From a bacterium (GTDB taxonomy: Bacteria; Electryoneota; Electryoneia; Electryoneales; Electryoneaceae): a DNA stretch of 64,000 bases. The notes beneath the pieces were generated by a model that saw only the letters and a list, made by a program, of their open reading frames with translations, was not told the DNA's origin and did not search any database. The stretch lies in NCBI GenBank assembly GCA_020444265.1, contig JAHLLH010000008.1, positions 58,945 through 122,944 of the forward strand, given 5' to 3'. Numbering within the stretch: the first letter of the stretch is position 1; each line of letters starts with the position of its first letter. The translations under genes and the position numbers were made by a program. Of the stretch, positions 17,746-27,533 are shown piece by piece.

Positions 17746-19404
17746 CTACTTCTCCGATTCCACTGCAAGGTACAATCCTGATTGATGCACATCCGACGGC
17801 ATCTTCACCGAGTTGTCGCGCAGGGCGGCCACTACCTCGGGGAGGGATTCTTCGGAAGTGGCATAGATGTGAACCGAGGGGAAGCCATTGGCAATGTTGT
17901 TGTCAATGGTCCAGGTACCGGCACGAATCCACTCGTCCGGCACACCGCCCCACCAGTTCATCCATTCCTCATAAACGATCGCTAAAGTCGCATCCTTTTC
18001 ACGAGCGATCAGGCCCGCATCTGCGGCAGCATAGCTGTCCGCCCATTTCAACTTCATGATCTCATCGTCCGCTAATCCATACATATCGACAATCTTGACG
18101 TCGCTGAAATAGGAGACTGCTCCGATGTCATGAATCGCGACGGTTGCCGTGGGGAAATACCGTTGCAGGAAACGGGTCGTCTGCATCGGCTGTTCGCTGA
18201 TGTTCTGGAAGCAGGTGTGGACGGTTCGGTAACTCCAGACATGACGCAAGGCGTCATGTGCGATGGGGTAGAGGGTCACCAGCGCTATCAAGATTGCTGC
18301 CCATTCCGGCCAGCGTGTCGCATGACGTCGAATCCAGTCCCACAGATCTTCAACTTCCCCGATCCATATCCACCCAGCCACAAAGGGAATAAGTACGTAC
18401 AGATAGAGCTCGTGACGGAAGAAATTGGCGGTCACAGAGACCAGAAGATGGGCGAGAATGGTGCTCGCCAGCAGAATGGAGGCAGTGACTCCACGTTCCC
18501 AGGCGGTACCGTAACGATGAAAACGTCTCAGGACAACGATCGCTGCGATAAACGCACCGGCTGTGGCAAACATATTGAAGGTCAAAGGGTTGAAGACATG
18601 CCTGAAAACCCAATCCTCAAGCGAAGCAGCATTCCCGATCGAGGAATCGGAATAGAAGGCGTTTGGCAGCGCCATGCCGCCGTGGCTCGTAGCATACCAG
18701 GCATATAAAACGACGGGCAGCAGCGCGGCGAATCCGACCAGGATGCCATAGAGGAAACGGCGGCGTAAGAGGAAGAGAAGGGTTGCCATACCGGCCAGTG
18801 CGAGTCCCTCATAGCGTAAACCAACCATCAGGAAGGCCAGCATTGGGAGGAGGAATAGAGTGTAGTGCTTTGGTGCCGGGTGGATATCATCAAGTCGCAG
18901 GACAACCTGGTGCAGGAAGAGAACCGCCAGCAGGGCATGCAGCACATGCTCCATCGATAACATCGAGAGGGTGCCAAGCGGCCCGACGAAGAGGATGAGG
19001 AGCAGGATCAGTAAACGACTACCTGTTCTGCGGCCTGCTTTTGCGAGCACCAGGTCGACAAACATCAACAGGCCTGAGCCGGCCAACAGATTGATCAGCA
19101 GTGGCAGACGCAGATGAACACCGAACAGCTTAAAAAGGGTTGAAAGCAAAACCGAATAGAGCGGCGAAGAAGATACACCCTGGAATTCACCCGGCGTGAT
19201 GCCCCAACTGCCATGCAAAGCAAGGTTCTTCGCAACGCTCAGGTGGATGTAGCAATCGTCCAACGGGTAGACAAACCATCCCTGTCCGGTGCTCATGCTG
19301 CTGCTCATCATCCAGAACATGAGCAGGCCATACAACAGCAGGGCTGTAAGAAACGCGTAAGGTTTCCAGCTCTGTCCCGGAGAAAGGAAAGAGGTTTGGG
19401 TCAT
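17746..19404 (-). CDS. Polytopic inner-membrane protein, possible GT-C-fold glycosyltransferase (paralog of 16132..17724)
   Basis: Same architecture. The motif YPLDDCYIHLSVAKNLALHGSWG follows TM1. The C-terminal soluble domain contains VAIHDIGAVSYFSD. Confidence 0.45.
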   Translation of the reverse strand: MTQTSFLSPGQSWKPYAFLTALLLYGLLMFWMMSSSMSTGQGWFVYPLDDCYIHLSVAKNLALHGSWGITPGEFQGVSSSPLYSVLLSTLFKLFGVHLRLPLLINLLAGSGLLMFVDLVLAKAGRRTGSRLLILLLILFVGPLGTLSMLSMEHVLHALLAVLFLHQVVLRLDDIHPAPKHYTLFLLPMLAFLMVGLRYEGLALAGMATLLFLLRRRFLYGILVGFAALLPVVLYAWYATSHGGMALPNAFYSDSSIGNAASLEDWVFRHVFNPLTFNMFATAGAFIAAIVVLRRFHRYGTAWERGVTASILLASTILAHLLVSVTANFFRHELYLYVLIPFVAGWIWIGEVEDLWDWIRRHATRWPEWAAILIALVTLYPIAHDALRHVWSYRTVHTCFQNISEQPMQTTRFLQRYFPTATVAIHDIGAVSYFSDVKIVDMYGLADDEIMKLKWADSYAAADAGLIAREKDATLAIVYEEWMNWWGGVPDEWIRAGTWTIDNNIANGFPSVHIYATSEESLPEVVAALRDNSVKMPSDVHQSGLYLAVESEK

Positions 19405-19475
19405 TGGACGAGGTCCTCAGAGAGAGAACTCCCCGGTGGCGGGATAGCGAAACCCCACACCTCCGGGGAGATGGT

Positions 19476-21209
19476 TCACCAGATTTTCTCGATCTTCGCG
19501 CCCTTGTAGAAGGTCTTGAGGATGTCCTCATGCTTCTTGCCGTTGACCGCCATAACCCCAGCAGCGGTCTGATCCATCCCGACGCCATGACCGAAGCCAG
19601 CACCGATCAGGGTAATCTCAACCGGATCACCAAGGTCGCCCATCAACAGCTCGACGATAAAGCAAGAGCTGTTGAGGGTGGATTCTGAAAGAACGCGACG
19701 AATATTCAACTCGCCTCGCACCTTGTGGTTGCGGTGGCTGCCAAGGATTTCCAGCTCGGTGATCCGTCCCGAAACACCACGGCTCAGCGGCTGAATGTCA
19801 ACAAGGGTGCCAATATCGAAGCCAAGCTTGCGCTGGATGATGTCTTCGAGATCTCGACGCGAATAGGTAACCGACCAACGGAAATAGCGTGCGTTACGGT
19901 CGAGAATGTCGATCCCGGTTCCCCGTGGGTTGGACCAGGTCAAGGGATAGCTGCGTACCCACTGCGCAACATCCTTCTCGTTGGTCAGGTCCAGCTCCAG
20001 CTTTTTCGCTTCTGCCTTGTCCATGATCGGAACGCCTTCGAGGTAACCTTCGCCCGGAGGATTCCAGAATTCCTTGCTCTCGGTGTGGCCACCGGAGTTC
20101 GATGAGAAATAGGCTTCACAAACCCTGCTGCCACTCTTCAGCACCTGGCCCGCTGTTTCCATGACCGCCGTGGTAGTCGGTTCCGACTCACGTGTCACTC
20201 CGGAATAGACCTGAAAGTGAACGGTGGCCGGGAAGTCGATCGGGTCGTTCGGTGGACGGCTGGCCAACTTGGCCACGGTGTAGCTGCGTGCCGCCACCGC
20301 CTGTGCCTTGAGTGCTTCCAGCGGATAAGTGTGGTGCATTTCGGAAGGAATCACACCCTTGAGGTAATCATCAAGCAGGAGCTCATTGATCCCCATCAGG
20401 TTTCCGGTGTTGTCAATCCGCACCTCGATGGCACCACGGTAAACACGATCTTCCAAGTGTTCCCAGTGGAAACCTACACCAACACGAATGTCGTAAATGG
20501 TGGTTTCTGTAGTCGTGTCTTCCGGTACCAGACGGAAACCGAGTTCAACGACTCCGCTGCGATCATACTCGGCATCGTAAAACTCGATCTGGCCTGTTGC
20601 CTCTTCGACACGGTGACGCAGGATATGAGGATGGAACTCGAGGCCATGGTCCGACAATTTTTCGAACAACGGTCGAGCTTCTTCCTCACGGTCGAAGGCG
20701 CCAACAATAATTCTGAAGCGACGGCCTTCGTGGATCACCGAACCAGCGATATGCACTTCGCGTCCGATCGGTAGCACACGGGCAGGAAAATCTTCCTTGC
20801 GCAGCCGTTCGGCGATTTCTTCAGCTTCTTTTTCCGTTTCCAGGGTATCCACGAGAATGCTATAGACAAACCGTGCAGGCTGGGATGTCTCTACCTTACA
20901 GCGCCAACGAAGATCGGTGTCAACGCCTGTGTACAGATCCTCACCATCCAAAGTTGTTACTTTGAACGGTCCTTTTACCCGGAAGTCGACCTGGTCATAA
21001 CGCTCGAACAAGCCGACGCGCACCAAGGGCTGTTTTCCCTGGACGACCCGGTTGTCCTGCGACCCTGAATCGGACGATTCAGGCGCTTGAGCGACTGGGC
21101 TCGAAGCTTCCTTCGGGGATGCCATTACTACTTCCTCCCGTACGGGTACAACGAAGGTGACTGCGATCAGTGCGAGGGCACCTAGCCATTTTGTCAGCCG
21201 GGCCCTCAC
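19476..21209 (-). CDS. SpoIID/LytB-domain protein with SPOR-like region
   Basis: ALKAQAVAARSYTV and EAYFSSNSGGHTES are SpoIID hallmarks. FRIIVGAFDREEEARPLFEKL resembles a SPOR repeat. The GTG start overlaps the lysC stop (GTGA). Confidence 0.8.
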   Translation of the reverse strand: MRARLTKWLGALALIAVTFVVPVREEVVMASPKEASSPVAQAPESSDSGSQDNRVVQGKQPLVRVGLFERYDQVDFRVKGPFKVTTLDGEDLYTGVDTDLRWRCKVETSQPARFVYSILVDTLETEKEAEEIAERLRKEDFPARVLPIGREVHIAGSVIHEGRRFRIIVGAFDREEEARPLFEKLSDHGLEFHPHILRHRVEEATGQIEFYDAEYDRSGVVELGFRLVPEDTTTETTIYDIRVGVGFHWEHLEDRVYRGAIEVRIDNTGNLMGINELLLDDYLKGVIPSEMHHTYPLEALKAQAVAARSYTVAKLASRPPNDPIDFPATVHFQVYSGVTRESEPTTTAVMETAGQVLKSGSRVCEAYFSSNSGGHTESKEFWNPPGEGYLEGVPIMDKAEAKKLELDLTNEKDVAQWVRSYPLTWSNPRGTGIDILDRNARYFRWSVTYSRRDLEDIIQRKLGFDIGTLVDIQPLSRGVSGRITELEILGSHRNHKVRGELNIRRVLSESTLNSSCFIVELLMGDLGDPVEITLIGAGFGHGVGMDQTAAGVMAVNGKKHEDILKTFYKGAKIEKIW

Positions 21210-22327
21210 TCCTTTCGGTTCCTGTTACTCGACTTCAGCCATCCATTGGTTCGGACGGCTTCATGCAACAGACGCTCCGCGTTTGCGGCCTGGTCCGTGG
21301 CGATACACACCCACATCTCCTCCTGGGATTCAACGATGCCGTGGACAGGAATCTCCGCAGTTGCCAAAGTCTCAGATACACACGCATGGAGACCTGCAAC
21401 GGATCGGCCGGTTGTAACAAGTGTGATGCCGGACAAGGTGGACGTCTCATTTGGTTGGGCTTCACGCCATACCATCCAACGGCCATTCTGTTCGACAAGC
21501 CGCGACCATCCGACTGACTCCGGAACCACGCCTGTGCCCTGGGATCGGACGATCCGGTCACGACGCGCAACTCCAAGTATTTCCCCGCAGTCAAAGGGAC
21601 GGTCGGTTACAATCGTACCAATTTTATCCGTCGCCGTATTTCCTATACCTAAAGGTACGCGATGATCGAGCGCGAGGCGAGCAGCCTCGCTCTGGAGCGC
21701 TTTTGCGCCACCACGGGCTAACCGCAGTGCGCTATTAAAATCAAGAACTTCGATCACATCTGCATCCGGAACATCGTTCGGATTCGCGGTGTGAAGCCCC
21801 TGTACTTCCTTCATCAGTTCGCAACGATCCGCCTTGATCGCTGCGGCCAGGGCAATCGCGGTCGCATCCGACCCGCCCCGTCCAAGAGTCGTGATCTCCT
21901 TGTCCACCGAAACCCCTTGGAAGCCTGCTACTACAACGACTTGCCCTTGCTCGAGGGCTTGTAGCAAGCGAGTCGGGCGGACATCGACAATACGTGCTTC
22001 GCCGTGGTGCGTGTCCGTGATGATCCCGACCTGGCTGCCCGTATAGCTGATCGCAGCGACACCCTCCGCTTCGATCGCCATTGCCAGCAATGCACAGGAG
22101 ATACGTTCTCCCGTGGAGAGCAACATGTCCATCTCACGTCGCGGTGGATCAGCATGCAGGGTGCGTGCCAGGGTCAGCAACTCATCGGTCGTCGCGGCCA
22201 TTGCGGATACCACCACCACCACCTCATCGCCATTCCATTTCAGGTCAGCGATGTAGCGTGCCACCTGGCGGATCTGCTCCGGTTCTCGGAGACTCGAACC
22301 GCCGTATTTACGTACGATTCGCGCCAT
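21206..22327 (-). CDS. lysC: Aspartate kinase (short monofunctional form)
   Basis: MARIVRKYGGSSL, VVVVSAMAATTDELL and ITTLGRGGSDATA are aspartokinase signature blocks. Confidence 0.9.
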   Translation of the reverse strand: MARIVRKYGGSSLREPEQIRQVARYIADLKWNGDEVVVVVSAMAATTDELLTLARTLHADPPRREMDMLLSTGERISCALLAMAIEAEGVAAISYTGSQVGIITDTHHGEARIVDVRPTRLLQALEQGQVVVVAGFQGVSVDKEITTLGRGGSDATAIALAAAIKADRCELMKEVQGLHTANPNDVPDADVIEVLDFNSALRLARGGAKALQSEAARLALDHRVPLGIGNTATDKIGTIVTDRPFDCGEILGVARRDRIVRSQGTGVVPESVGWSRLVEQNGRWMVWREAQPNETSTLSGITLVTTGRSVAGLHACVSETLATAEIPVHGIVESQEEMWVCIATDQAANAERLLHEAVRTNGWLKSSNRNRKE

Positions 22328-23030
22328 CAGTCAGCCCCAGAACATCGGCCATGCTGTACTGGCCGCCCTGCTTGTCGGCGAGGAAACGGACCGCGGGGGC
22401 AACCCCGCGTGCAAATGCCAACCGTGACTCAGCACGGTGGGTCAATTCGATCTGTTCACCTTCCACTGCAAAGGTGATCTTGTGCTCGCCGACTACTTCC
22501 CCAACCCGCAGGCTGACCACCTGGATGTCAGGTCCTTCACGATTCAGCCCTTCCGCCAGCTTCTTTGCCGTGCCGGAGGGGGCGTCCAACTTGTGCTTGT
22601 GGTGGACGTCTACCAGCCCGACATCGTAGTCCGGACCCAGTATGCGTCGGATGAGAGGTGCCATTTCAAACAACATGTTGACCCCGACACTCAGGTTCGG
22701 CGCATTGATCTGCGCCACCTTGAGGTTGTCGAGTTCGGCACGCTGCTCATCGGTGAATCCGGTTGCTCCGATCAGGATCGGCAATCCTGCGGCTTCGGCG
22801 AGTTTCGCATGACGCATGGCAGCTTCGGCGAGGGAGACATCGACACAGACATCCGCATCGAGCACCAGTTCCGGGCCATCCGAAATCGTCTCAATTCCCC
22901 CGACATCCAGCCCGGATCGTGATTCAGTCTCGATTGCCTGAACGAGTTCGATGTCAGATTCTCCCGAAAGGGCTTGTACAACAGCCCGTCCCATCCTGCC
23001 GGAAGCACCAAACAACGCGACTCGAATCAT
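22308..23030 (-). CDS. dapB: 4-hydroxy-tetrahydrodipicolinate reductase
   Basis: MIRVALFGASGRMGRAV (Rossmann N-terminus, ATG 23030) and DVHHKHKLDAPSGTAKKLAE (DapB signature). The 3' end overlaps the lysC start by 20 nt. Confidence 0.9.
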   Translation of the reverse strand: MIRVALFGASGRMGRAVVQALSGESDIELVQAIETESRSGLDVGGIETISDGPELVLDADVCVDVSLAEAAMRHAKLAEAAGLPILIGATGFTDEQRAELDNLKVAQINAPNLSVGVNMLFEMAPLIRRILGPDYDVGLVDVHHKHKLDAPSGTAKKLAEGLNREGPDIQVVSLRVGEVVGEHKITFAVEGEQIELTHRAESRLAFARGVAPAVRFLADKQGGQYSMADVLGLTDGANRT

Positions 23031-23199
23031 GCTCTGTCCACCTGCTTGTTTCTGAAGATCAATCAAGGTACGAAGATGCGATAATTATTTGGCGTTCGCA
23101 CCCCCCCTGTCTCCGTTCGGGCCTCACTCGGAAGCCGGGGGACAGTTCAGTTGGTTGGAGTATACAACTCGTTCCATGCAGGAGGTGTGACGCAGGTCG

Positions 23200-24093
23200 T
23201 CAAATCAGCCCGAGCTCGCGTAAATCCGCTTCAACAATCTTCTCGGATGCTGCCTTGATCGGGGCCAGAGGTTCGCGGACATCCCCACCGGGCAAGCCCA
23301 TTGCTTTCAGGGCATGTTTAACAGGTCCGGGGCTGGTTTCGACAAACAGGCTTTTCGCGAAGGCGTTCAGCTTGTCGTGCAACTCCAGGGCGCGGCTACG
23401 GTTCCCCTGTTGCTGTGCATTGTACATCTCGACACACATCTCTGGGACGATGTTGGTCAGCACGGATACTGCACCATCACAGCCCGCTTCGAGAATCGGG
23501 AGATTGAGCGCGTCCTCACCGGAGAGCACCGCCACTTTATCACCGAATCGTGCCGCGACTTCCCAAGCCTGAGCCAGGTTGCCGGAGGCTTCCTTGACCG
23601 CTGCAACACCGGGTATCTCAACCAGACGTCCGATGGTTGCAGGCAAGGCATTCACACCGGTCCGTGAAGGGACATTGTAGACCATGATCGGGAACTGGCC
23701 TGAGCCTTCCGCAACGCGGCTGAAATGCAGTACAAGGCCATCCGGGGTCGGCTTGTTGTAGTAGGGAGTGATGACCAACGCACCATCGGCACCAAGTTCA
23801 CGTGCCCTCTTTGTCTTCTCAACACTGATCGCGGTGTTGTTGGTACCTGTTCCAGCAACGACCCACGCTTTACCTTTGGCAGTATGGACGGTCAATTCGA
23901 CAACTTTGGCCCATTCATCGCTGTCTAACGCGGGCGATTCACCTGTGGTGCCGCAGGGTACGAGGCCGTGAATGCCTGCTGCCAGTTGACGTTCCACCAG
24001 GGTTACGAGCCCATCCTCATCCAGCGTCCCATCCGCCTTGAAGGGGGTCGCCAATGCCGTAAACATCCCTTTCCAACCGATCTTGCCGCTCAT
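23200..24093 (-). CDS. dapA: 4-hydroxy-tetrahydrodipicolinate synthase
   Basis: VPCGTTGESPAL, VYNVPSRTGVN and AAVKEASGN (Schiff-base lysine). Confidence 0.92.
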   Translation of the reverse strand: MSGKIGWKGMFTALATPFKADGTLDEDGLVTLVERQLAAGIHGLVPCGTTGESPALDSDEWAKVVELTVHTAKGKAWVVAGTGTNNTAISVEKTKRARELGADGALVITPYYNKPTPDGLVLHFSRVAEGSGQFPIMVYNVPSRTGVNALPATIGRLVEIPGVAAVKEASGNLAQAWEVAARFGDKVAVLSGEDALNLPILEAGCDGAVSVLTNIVPEMCVEMYNAQQQGNRSRALELHDKLNAFAKSLFVETSPGPVKHALKAMGLPGGDVREPLAPIKAASEKIVEADLRELGLI

Positions 24094-24123
24094 CGTCTTG
24101 CCTGTCTGTTTTGAAGTTCTGAT

Positions 24124-24346
24124 TTGTGCCAGGTCTCCGTTACGCTAAGGGCCTGATACAACATCTGTTGTTTCGTCAGGTCTTGAACGCAGTGGAGACC
24201 TGACGGTGTAGCACGGGCATCCTGCCCGTGCATCGCGCCTTGAGGCGCGAATGGTGTTTCAGACGTGGGCGTCTGACACAACTCGGTAGCGCTCCGGCAG
24301 GCGAACTGTGTGTCAGGTCTCCGCTTCGCTAAGGACCTGACACAAC
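24124..24346. repeat. Cluster of six GC-rich extragenic hairpins (GTCAG-stem family), locus A
   Basis: Hairpins: 24124-24161 (degenerate); 24174-24205 CGTCAGGTCT/AGACCTGACG; 24211-24231 GCACGGGCA-tcc-TGCCCGTGC; 24234-24249 CGCGCC-ttga-GGCGCG; 24254-24279 TCAGACG-tggg-CGTCTGA; 24310-24343 GTGTCAGGTC-14 nt-GACCTGACAC. The same units recur at 33638-33746 and 36484-36910. Confidence 0.85.
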
Positions 24347-24374
24347 CTCGGGAAGATACAAAACCAGTGCAACG

Positions 24375-24404
24375 AAAAAAGGCTGCTCCCTTGTGGGAAC
24401 AGCC
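24375..24404 (-). terminator. Intrinsic terminator of glnA
   Basis: On the minus strand, GGCTGTTCCC-acaa-GGGAGCAGCC (one G-U pair) is followed by TTTTTT. It sits 10 nt after the glnA stop. Confidence 0.75.
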
Positions 24405-24413
24405 CTCGTTCGA

Positions 24414-25829
24414 TCAAATGTCGAAGTAGAGTTCGAATTCCCAAGGGTGCGGTCGCAGGCGCAAAGCGTCTACTTCTCGTTCCCGTTTGTACCAGATCCA
24501 TGTATCGACCACGTCCTCGGTGAAGACGCCGCCTTTGTAAAGGAAATCCTGATCCTTCTCGAGGGCATCGAGCGCACCGGCGAGTGTCGCAGGGGTTTCC
24601 GGAACATCCACCAATTCTTCCGGGCTCAGGTCGTACATGTTCTTGTCAAGTGGATCGCCTGGGTGAATCTTGTTCTGGATGCCGTCCAGCCCCGCCATCA
24701 ACATCGCCGCGAAGGCGAGGTAAGGGTTGCTGGAGGAGTCTGGAACACGGAACTCAACACGCTTCGCCTTCGGGCTGCTGGTGTAGCCCGGGATACGGAT
24801 CGAAGCGGAACGGTTCGCCTGGCTGTAAGCCAAGCGTGTTGGCGCTTCAAAACCGGGGACCAGGCGCTTGTAGCTGTTGGTCGTCGGGTTGGTGAAGGCG
24901 CAGAGTGCCGGGGCATGCTTCAGCAGACCGCCAATGTAGTAGAGTGCCGTTTCCGAAAGACCGGCGTAACGATCTCCAGGGAAGACGGGGCTGTCACCCT
25001 TCCAGAGACTCTGGTGGGTGTGCATTCCGCTACCGTTATCCCCGAAGATGGGCTTCGGCATGAAGGTCGCTGTTTTGTTGTGACGGTGGGCGACATTCTT
25101 GACGACATACTTGAAAAGCATCAAGTTGTCCGCCTGCCGCAGCAGGGTGTCGAACTGAATCCCGATTTCACTCTGTCCACCGCTGGCGACTTCGTGGTGA
25201 TGCACCTCAACTGTCATTCCCATCATTTCGAGTACAAGGGCCATCTCGGTGCGCATGTCCATCAGCGAGTCGGATGGTGGAACAGGGAAGTAGCCTTCCT
25301 TGTAGCGCGGCTTGTACCCGAGGTTTGGGTTCTCTTCACGGCCCGTATTCCAGTGGCCTTCATTAGAATCGACGCTGTAGAAGCCGGAGTGCTGGTCCTG
25401 GTGGTAGCGGACATCGTCGAAGACAAAAAATTCGGATTCCGGACCGAAGTACGCCTTATCGGCAACACCGATCGATTTCATGTACTCTTCCGCTTTTCGC
25501 GCGAGGGTGCGCGGGCACTTTGAGTACGGTGTCATCGTCTGCGGATCAATGATGTCGCAAAAGATGATCAAGGTCGGTTCGGCACGGAAGGGGTCAATGA
25601 CTGCGGTCGATGCATCCGGACGGACAATCATGTCCGATTCATTGATTTGTCGCCAGCCACGAATCGAGGATCCGTCAAACCCGTATCCCTCTTCAAAGCT
25701 TTCAGCCGTCAAACGGCCGACGGGAATGGTCAGATGTTGCCAAAGACCGGGAAAATCCATGAATCGAAGGTCAACCATCTTGACCCCCCGGCTTTTGATC
25801 AACTCGAAAATGTCACGAATCATGTCCAT
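24414..25829 (-). CDS. glnA: Glutamine synthetase, type I
   Basis: 471 aa. [15 protein letters not shown] and [18 protein letters not shown], plus the N-terminal beta-grasp region [17 protein letters not shown]. Confidence 0.93.
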   Translation of the reverse strand: MDMIRDIFELIKSRGVKMVDLRFMDFPGLWQHLTIPVGRLTAESFEEGYGFDGSSIRGWRQINESDMIVRPDASTAVIDPFRAEPTLIIFCDIIDPQTMTPYSKCPRTLARKAEEYMKSIGVADKAYFGPESEFFVFDDVRYHQDQHSGFYSVDSNEGHWNTGREENPNLGYKPRYKEGYFPVPPSDSLMDMRTEMALVLEMMGMTVEVHHHEVASGGQSEIGIQFDTLLRQADNLMLFKYVVKNVAHRHNKTATFMPKPIFGDNGSGMHTHQSLWKGDSPVFPGDRYAGLSETALYYIGGLLKHAPALCAFTNPTTNSYKRLVPGFEAPTRLAYSQANRSASIRIPGYTSSPKAKRVEFRVPDSSSNPYLAFAAMLMAGLDGIQNKIHPGDPLDKNMYDLSPEELVDVPETPATLAGALDALEKDQDFLYKGGVFTEDVVDTWIWYKREREVDALRLRPHPWEFELYFDI

Positions 25830-25882
25830 GGCGCTACCCCTGCTCGTGGGTGATGGTCTTCGGCCCTTGTACCGAAGTGTTC

Positions 25883-26236
<354 letters not shown>

Positions 26237-26256
26237 TCAACTGAACCGTTCCCCTA

Positions 26257-27318
26257 TCAAACGGCGAAGCGGATGTGCATGACATCACCATCTTTCACGA
26301 CGTATGTCTTCCCCTCGAGTCGCAGCAGGCCATTGTCACGGCAAGCAGCGAGGGTGTGCAGACGCAGCAGGTCCTCACTCGGGACCACTTCCGCTCGAAT
26401 GAAACCGCGCTCGAGATCGGAGTGGATCTCTCCAGCGGCGGGCTGAGCGGCCATACCAACAGGAATCGGCCAGGCGCGGCACTCGTCATCCCCGACGGTG
26501 AAAAACCGAATCAATCCCAACAGGGCGAAGCTGGAACGGATGACACGGTCACTTGCCGCAGCTTCCAATCCCATTTCCTCGAGGAATTCCCCGCGGTCCT
26601 CTTCCTCAAGCGAAGCGATTTCCGCTTCGAGCTGAGCATTGAGGACTTCCATCGTCTTCAAGGTACCCTGGAGTTCAGATTCCGCTGCTGAGCGAATGCC
26701 CTCGCCATCCTGATCCTCACCAAAATTCACCAGAATCATCAGTGCTTTCTGGGTCAGGAGGCCGTAAGGACGAAGTGCCTTTGCTTCTTCCGTGTCAAAG
26801 TCGACCTCACGAAGCGGTTTCTCTTCGCTGAGCGCTGCATGAGCTTTTTCGACGGCACGCTGATCTGTTGGATCAACTTTGATGCCGCGATGTTTGCTCG
26901 ATTCGATTTTCTCGACACGATTCTCCATCACCTGCAAGTCGCTAAGCAGCATCTCGGTTTCGAGGTCGGTAACCTGCTGGACGACATCTTCCGCAAGGTC
27001 GGCGGCGGGCATTTCGCCATGCTGGTAGACCCCAACCACGGCAGCGAGCACATTGGCACCCTGTAGATGGTTGATCAGCGAACGTTTAAAGCCAGTCCGT
27101 TTCTCACTGGCAGCCAGGCCGGCGACGTCGAGATAATCGACCCGCGCGTTCACTTTTTTCGATGTAGGGAAGAGGTCGTGAAGCTGGTCGAGTACGGGAT
27201 CCGGAACACGTGCGATCCCGGGGTGAGCTTCTTCACCGAATGGAGAGTCCATTCCTGTCAGTGCTTTGAACAGGGTGGATTTCCCCCCACTCTGCCATCC
27301 GATAAGTGCGATCTGCAT
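26257..27318 (-). CDS. ychF: Ribosome-binding ATPase YchF (Obg-like GTPase family)
   Basis: ATG 27318 gives MQIALIGWQSGGKSTLFKALT (P-loop). C-terminal AAGEIHSDLERGFIRAEV and EGKTYVVKDGDVMHIRF form the YchF TGS-like domain. The ORF-track start 27393 adds 25 aa. Confidence 0.85.
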   Translation of the reverse strand: MQIALIGWQSGGKSTLFKALTGMDSPFGEEAHPGIARVPDPVLDQLHDLFPTSKKVNARVDYLDVAGLAASEKRTGFKRSLINHLQGANVLAAVVGVYQHGEMPAADLAEDVVQQVTDLETEMLLSDLQVMENRVEKIESSKHRGIKVDPTDQRAVEKAHAALSEEKPLREVDFDTEEAKALRPYGLLTQKALMILVNFGEDQDGEGIRSAAESELQGTLKTMEVLNAQLEAEIASLEEEDRGEFLEEMGLEAAASDRVIRSSFALLGLIRFFTVGDDECRAWPIPVGMAAQPAAGEIHSDLERGFIRAEVVPSEDLLRLHTLAACRDNGLLRLEGKTYVVKDGDVMHIRFAV

Positions 27319-27533
27319 CGAAGTCTTCTGTGGTGTGAGGTGTACGATAAATTCTGGAGCGGTTGGAGGGCTGTTCCACCGGGTAAGAATCACTTTTTTG
27401 GCACCGCCCCGACCGCTGCGGTAATGTAGGCGAGGCTCTACGGGCAGTCAAGCGAGGATGATGTTTCGCGGGACGAGGCAACTATGTGAAAATCCAGTAA
27501 CAACGAGGGGTCTAAGAGTGTGTTTCGACTAAC

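Noticed and set aside
24094-24413. Possible lysine riboswitch (L-box) in the dapA-dapB-lysC leader
   Set aside because: Read on the minus strand, the leader lacks the conserved L-box blocks. The same hairpin units recur upstream of ffh and the lpxL-like gene, so this is a dispersed repeat and not a lysine-specific leader.
24393-25523. 376-aa plus-strand ORF
   Set aside because: It lies entirely antisense to glnA, whose product has unmistakable glutamine synthetase motifs. Its translation is Arg/Val/Gly-rich with no motif. This is a typical shadow ORF in GC-rich DNA.
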